64,000 nt of DNA from Eledone cirrhosa (taxonomy: Eukaryota): positions 208,320,001 through 208,384,000 of the forward strand of contig OZ024743.1 of assembly GCA_964016885.1 (NCBI GenBank), written 5' to 3'. The notes beneath the pieces are model-generated. The model worked only from the letters and a program-made list of their open reading frames with translations. It made no database searches and was not told where the DNA came from. Positions 60,001-64,000 of this stretch are shown in pieces. Position 1 is the stretch's first letter. Every line of letters begins with the position of its first letter. Position numbers and translations under genes: made by a program.

Positions 60001-62650
60001 AGTTGACCATCCTATAGCTAGATGAAAGCTCTTCACTCCATAAGATATACCACAGTTTACCATCCTATAGCCACAGATGAAAGCTCTTCACTCCATAAGA
60101 TATACCACAGTTTACCATCCTATAGCCACACATGAAAGCTCTTCACTCCATAAGATATACCACAGTTTACCATCCTATAGCCACACATGAAAGCTCTTTA
60201 CTACATAAGATATACCACAGTTTACCATCCTATAGCCACACATGAAAGCTCTTCACTCCATAAGATATACCACAATTTACCATCCTATAGCCACACATGA
60301 AAGCTCTTCACTCCATAAGATATACCACAGTTTACCATCCTATAGCCACGCCACGGATGAAAGCTCTTCACTCCATAAGATATACCACAGTTTACCATCC
60401 TATAGCCACACATGAAAGCTCTTCACTCCATAAGATATACCACAGTTTACCATCCTATTGCCACAGATGAAAGCTCTTCACTCCATAAGATATACCACAG
60501 TTTACAATCCTATAGCCACACATGAAAGCTCTTCACTCTATAACATATACCACAGTTTACCATCCTATAGCCACACATGAAAGCTCTTCGCTCCATAAGA
60601 TATACCACAGTTTACCATCCTATAGCCACACATGAAAGCTCTTCACTCCATCAGATATACCACAGTTTACCATCCTATAGCCACACATGAAAGCTCTTCA
60701 CTCCATAAGATATACCACAGTTTACCATCCTATAGCCACAGATGAAAGCTCTTCACTCCATAAGATATACCACAGTTTACCATCCTATAGCCACACATGA
60801 AAGCTCTTCACTCCATAAGATATACCACAGTTTACCATCCTATAGCCACACATGAAAGCTCTTCACTCCATAAGATATAACACAGTTTACCATCTTATAG
60901 CCACAGATGAAAGCTCTTCACTCCATAAGATATACCACAGTTTACCATCCTATAGCCACACATGAAAGCTCTTCACTCCATAAGATATACCACAGTTTAC
61001 CATCCTATAGCCACAGATGAAAGCTCTTCACTCCATAAGATATACCACAGTTTACCATCCTATAGCTAGATGAAAGCTCTTCACTCCATATGATATACCA
61101 CAGTTTACCATCCTATAGCCACAGATGAAAGCTCTTCACTCCATAAGATATACCACAGTTTACCATCCTATAGCCACACATGAAAGCTCTTCACTCCATA
61201 AGATATACCACAGTTTACCATCCTATAGCCACGCCACGGATGAAAGCTCTTCACTCCATAAGATATACCACAGTTTACCATCCTATAGCCACACATGAAA
61301 GCTCTTCACTCCATAAGATATACCACAGTTTACCATCATATAGCCACACATGAAAGCTCTTCACTCCATAAGATATACCACAGTTTACCATCCTATAGCC
61401 ACAGATGAAAGCTCTTCACTCCATAAGATATACCACAGTTTACCATCCTATAGGCACTCATGAAAGCTCTTCACTCCATAAGATATACCACAGTTTACCA
61501 TCCTATAGCCACACATGAAAGCTCTTTACTCCATAAGATATACCACAGTTTACCATCCTATAGCCACAGATGAAAGCTCTTCACTCCATAAGATATACCA
61601 CAGTTTAACATCCTATAGCCACACATGAAAGCTCTTCACTCCATAAGATATACCACAGTTTACCATCCTATAGCCACACATGAAAGCTCTTCACTCCATA
61701 AGATATACAACAGTTTACCATCCTATAGCCACAGATGAAAGCTCTTCACTCCATAAGATATACCACAGTTGACCATCCTATAGCTAGATGAAAGCTCTTC
61801 ACTCCAAAAGATATACCACAGTTTACCATCCTATAGCCACAGATGAAAGCTCTTCACTCCATAAGATATACCACAGTTTACCATCCTATAGCCACACATG
61901 AAAGCTCTTCACTCCATAAGATATACCACAGTTTACCATCCTATAGCCACACATTAAAGCTCTTTACTACATAAGATATACCACAGTTTACCATCCTATA
62001 GCCACACATGAAAGCTCTTCACTCCATAAGATATACCACAGTTTACCATCCTATAGCCACACATGAAAGCTCTTCACTCCATAAGATATACCACAGTTTA
62101 CCATCCTATAGCCACACATGAAAGCTCTTCACTCCATAAGATATACCACAGTTTACCATCCTATAGCCACACATGAAAGCTCTTCACTCCATAAGATATA
62201 CCACAGTTTACCATCCTATAGCCACACATGAAAGCTCTTCACTCCATAAGATACACCACAGTTTACCATCCTATAGCCACGCCACGGATGAAAGCTCTTC
62301 ACTCCATAAGATATACCACAGTTTACCATCCTATAGCCACACATGAAAGCTCTTCACTCCATAAGATATACCACAGTTTACCATCCTATTGCCACAGATG
62401 AAAGCTCTTCACTCCATAAGATATACCACAGTTTACAATCCTATAGCCACACATGAAAGCTCTTCACTCCATAACATATACCACAGTTTACCATCCTATA
62501 GCCACACATGAAAGCTCTTCGCTCCATAAGATATACCACAGTTTACCATCCTATAGCCACACATGAAAGCTCTTCACTCCATAAGATATACCACAGTTTA
62601 CCATCCTATAGCCACACATGAAAGCTCTTCACTCCATAAGATATACCACA
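45020..62650 (+). repeat. Emerging higher-order repeat: four related units spaced 4,797, 4,297 and 5,125 bp
   Basis: ggcactcatg is at 47234, 52031, 56328 and 61453. ccaatag is at 46235, 51032 and 55329, and catgttatag and tctctccgta occur in the same three units. Confidence 0.88.
57317..59250 (+). repeat. Tandem duplication, period 988 bp (18 monomers)
   Basis: tattgcc is at 57317/58305 and ccgtaag at 57894/58882. The offset 988 equals 17x55+53. Confidence 0.85.
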
Positions 62651-64000
62651 GTTTACCATCCTATAGCCACACATGAAAGCTCTTCACTCCATAAGATATA
62701 CCACATTTTACCATCCTATAGCCACACATGAAAGCTCTTCACTCCATAAGATATACCACAGTTTACCATCCTATAGCCACAGATGAAAGCTCTTCACTCC
62801 ATAAGATATACCACAGTTTAACATCCTATAGCCACACATGAAAGCTCTTCACTCCATAAGATATACCACAGTTTACCATCCTATAGCCACACATGAAAGC
62901 TCTTCACTCCATAAGATATACAACAGTTTACCATCCTATAGCCACAGATGAAAGCTCTTCACTCCATAAGATATACCACAGTTGACCATCCTATAGCTAG
63001 ATGAAAGCTCTTCACTCCATAAGATATACCACAGTTTACCATCCTATAGCCACAGATGAAAGCTCTTCACTCCATAAGATATACCACAGTTTACCATCCT
63101 ATAGCCACACATGAAAGCTCTTCACTCCATAAGATATACCACAGTTTACCATCCTATAGCCACACATGAAAGCTCTTTACTACATAAGATATACCACAGT
63201 TTACCATCCTATAGCCACACATGAAAGCTCTTCACTCCATAAAATATACCACAATTTACCATCCTATAGCCACACATGAAAGCTCTTCACTCCATAAGAT
63301 ATACCACAGTTTACCATCCTATAGCCACGCCACGGATGAAAGCTCTTCACTCCATAAGATATACCACAGTTTACCATCCTATAGCCACACATGAAAGCTC
63401 TTCACTCCATAAGATATACCACAGTTTACCATCCTATTGCCACAGATGAAAGCTCTTCACTCCATAAGATATACCACAGTTTACAATCCTATAGCCACAC
63501 ATGAAAGCTCTTCACTCTATAACATATACCACAGTTTACCATCCTATAGCCACACATGAAAGCTCTTCGCTCCATAAGATATACCACAGTTTACCATCCT
63601 ATAGCCACACATGAAAGCTCTTCACTCCATAAGATATACCACAGTTTACCATCCTATAGCCACAGATGAAAGCTCTTCGCTCCATAAGATATACCACAGT
63701 TTACCATCCTATAGCCACACATGAAAGCTCTTCACTCCATAAGATATACCACAGTTTACCATCCTATAGCCACAGATGAAAGCTCTTCACTCCATAAGAT
63801 ATACCACAGTTTACCATCCTCTAGCCACACATGAAAGCTCTTCACTCCATAAGATATACCACAGTTTACCATCCTATAGCCACACATGAAAGCTCTTCAC
63901 TCCATAAGATATAACACAGTTTACCATCTTATAGCCACAGATGAAAGCTCTTCACTCCATAAGATATACCACAGTTTACCATCCTATAGCCACACATGAA

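Larger units (their letters stand above)
1..64000. repeat. Satellite DNA array, 55-bp monomer, ~1,160 head-to-tail copies, single orientation, extends beyond both window edges
   Basis: ATGAAA recurs at 17, 72, 127, 182 and onward with a 55-bp period, through to the last base. Consensus is ATGAAAGCTCTTCACTCCATAAGATATACCACAGTTTACCATCCTATAGCCACAS. Most monomers differ from it by 0-3 substitutions. Length variants of 53, 54, 56, 59 and 60 bp occur. No non-repeat sequence was seen. Confidence 0.99.

Noticed and set aside
1-64000. CRISPR array or other repeat-spacer system
   Set aside because: Monomers abut directly with no unique spacers. Variation is limited to a few substitutions or small indels, and no cas genes or leader are present.
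1-64000. Telomeric repeat, rDNA/5S or tRNA tandem array
   Set aside because: There is no short G-rich telomere unit, no recognisable rRNA sequence, and no cloverleaf or A/B-box structure in the 55-mer.
1-64000. Pure technical artefact (rolling-circle concatemer or synthetic repeat)
   Set aside because: Variants recur in ordered, nested, hierarchically shared blocks with lineage-specific differences, which random sequencing error on one template would not produce. Local mis-assembly of individual blocks cannot be excluded without reads.
1-64000. Embedded transposon, inversion or unique island inside the array
   Set aside because: Reading through the window showed no departure from the monomer longer than a few bases and no reverse-orientation monomers.
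1-64000. Fixed dimer or trimer higher-order repeat encoded by the C/G dimorphism at monomer position 55
   Set aside because: C and G forms do not alternate regularly. Runs of C monomers vary in length, and G mostly tracks with linked variants (tatggccacag, tattgccacag) inside larger duplicated blocks.

Overview
The whole 64-kb window is one uninterrupted, single-orientation, head-to-tail tandem array (satellite DNA) of a 55-bp monomer, about 1,160 copies. The consensus is ATGAAAGCTCTTCACTCCATAAGATATACCACAGTTTACCATCCTATAGCCACA[C/G], 40% GC, with C:G = 17:5 on the + strand and no CpG. I found no genes, RNA genes, mobile elements, CRISPR spacers or unique DNA, and both array ends lie outside the window. 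All 18 ORFs are translations of the monomer, lengthened by indel or stop-loss variants. The information is in the variant monomers, which reveal a nested higher-order structure: (i) a heterogeneous left part (~1-21.7 kb), a mosaic of 1-2 kb local and dispersed duplications; (ii) a ~9.17-kb tandem duplication (~21.7-39.9 kb) containing older 225-bp and 1,160-bp duplications; (iii) a more homogeneous right part (~42.8-64 kb) built from a few modules, with an emerging 4.3-5.1 kb higher-order period. The pattern best fits a eukaryotic (peri)centromeric or heterochromatic satellite, but I cannot identify the organism or a named family. Coordinates of internal blocks were read by eye from marker variants and are accurate to about one monomer. 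I see no evidence of a novel protein-coding system.
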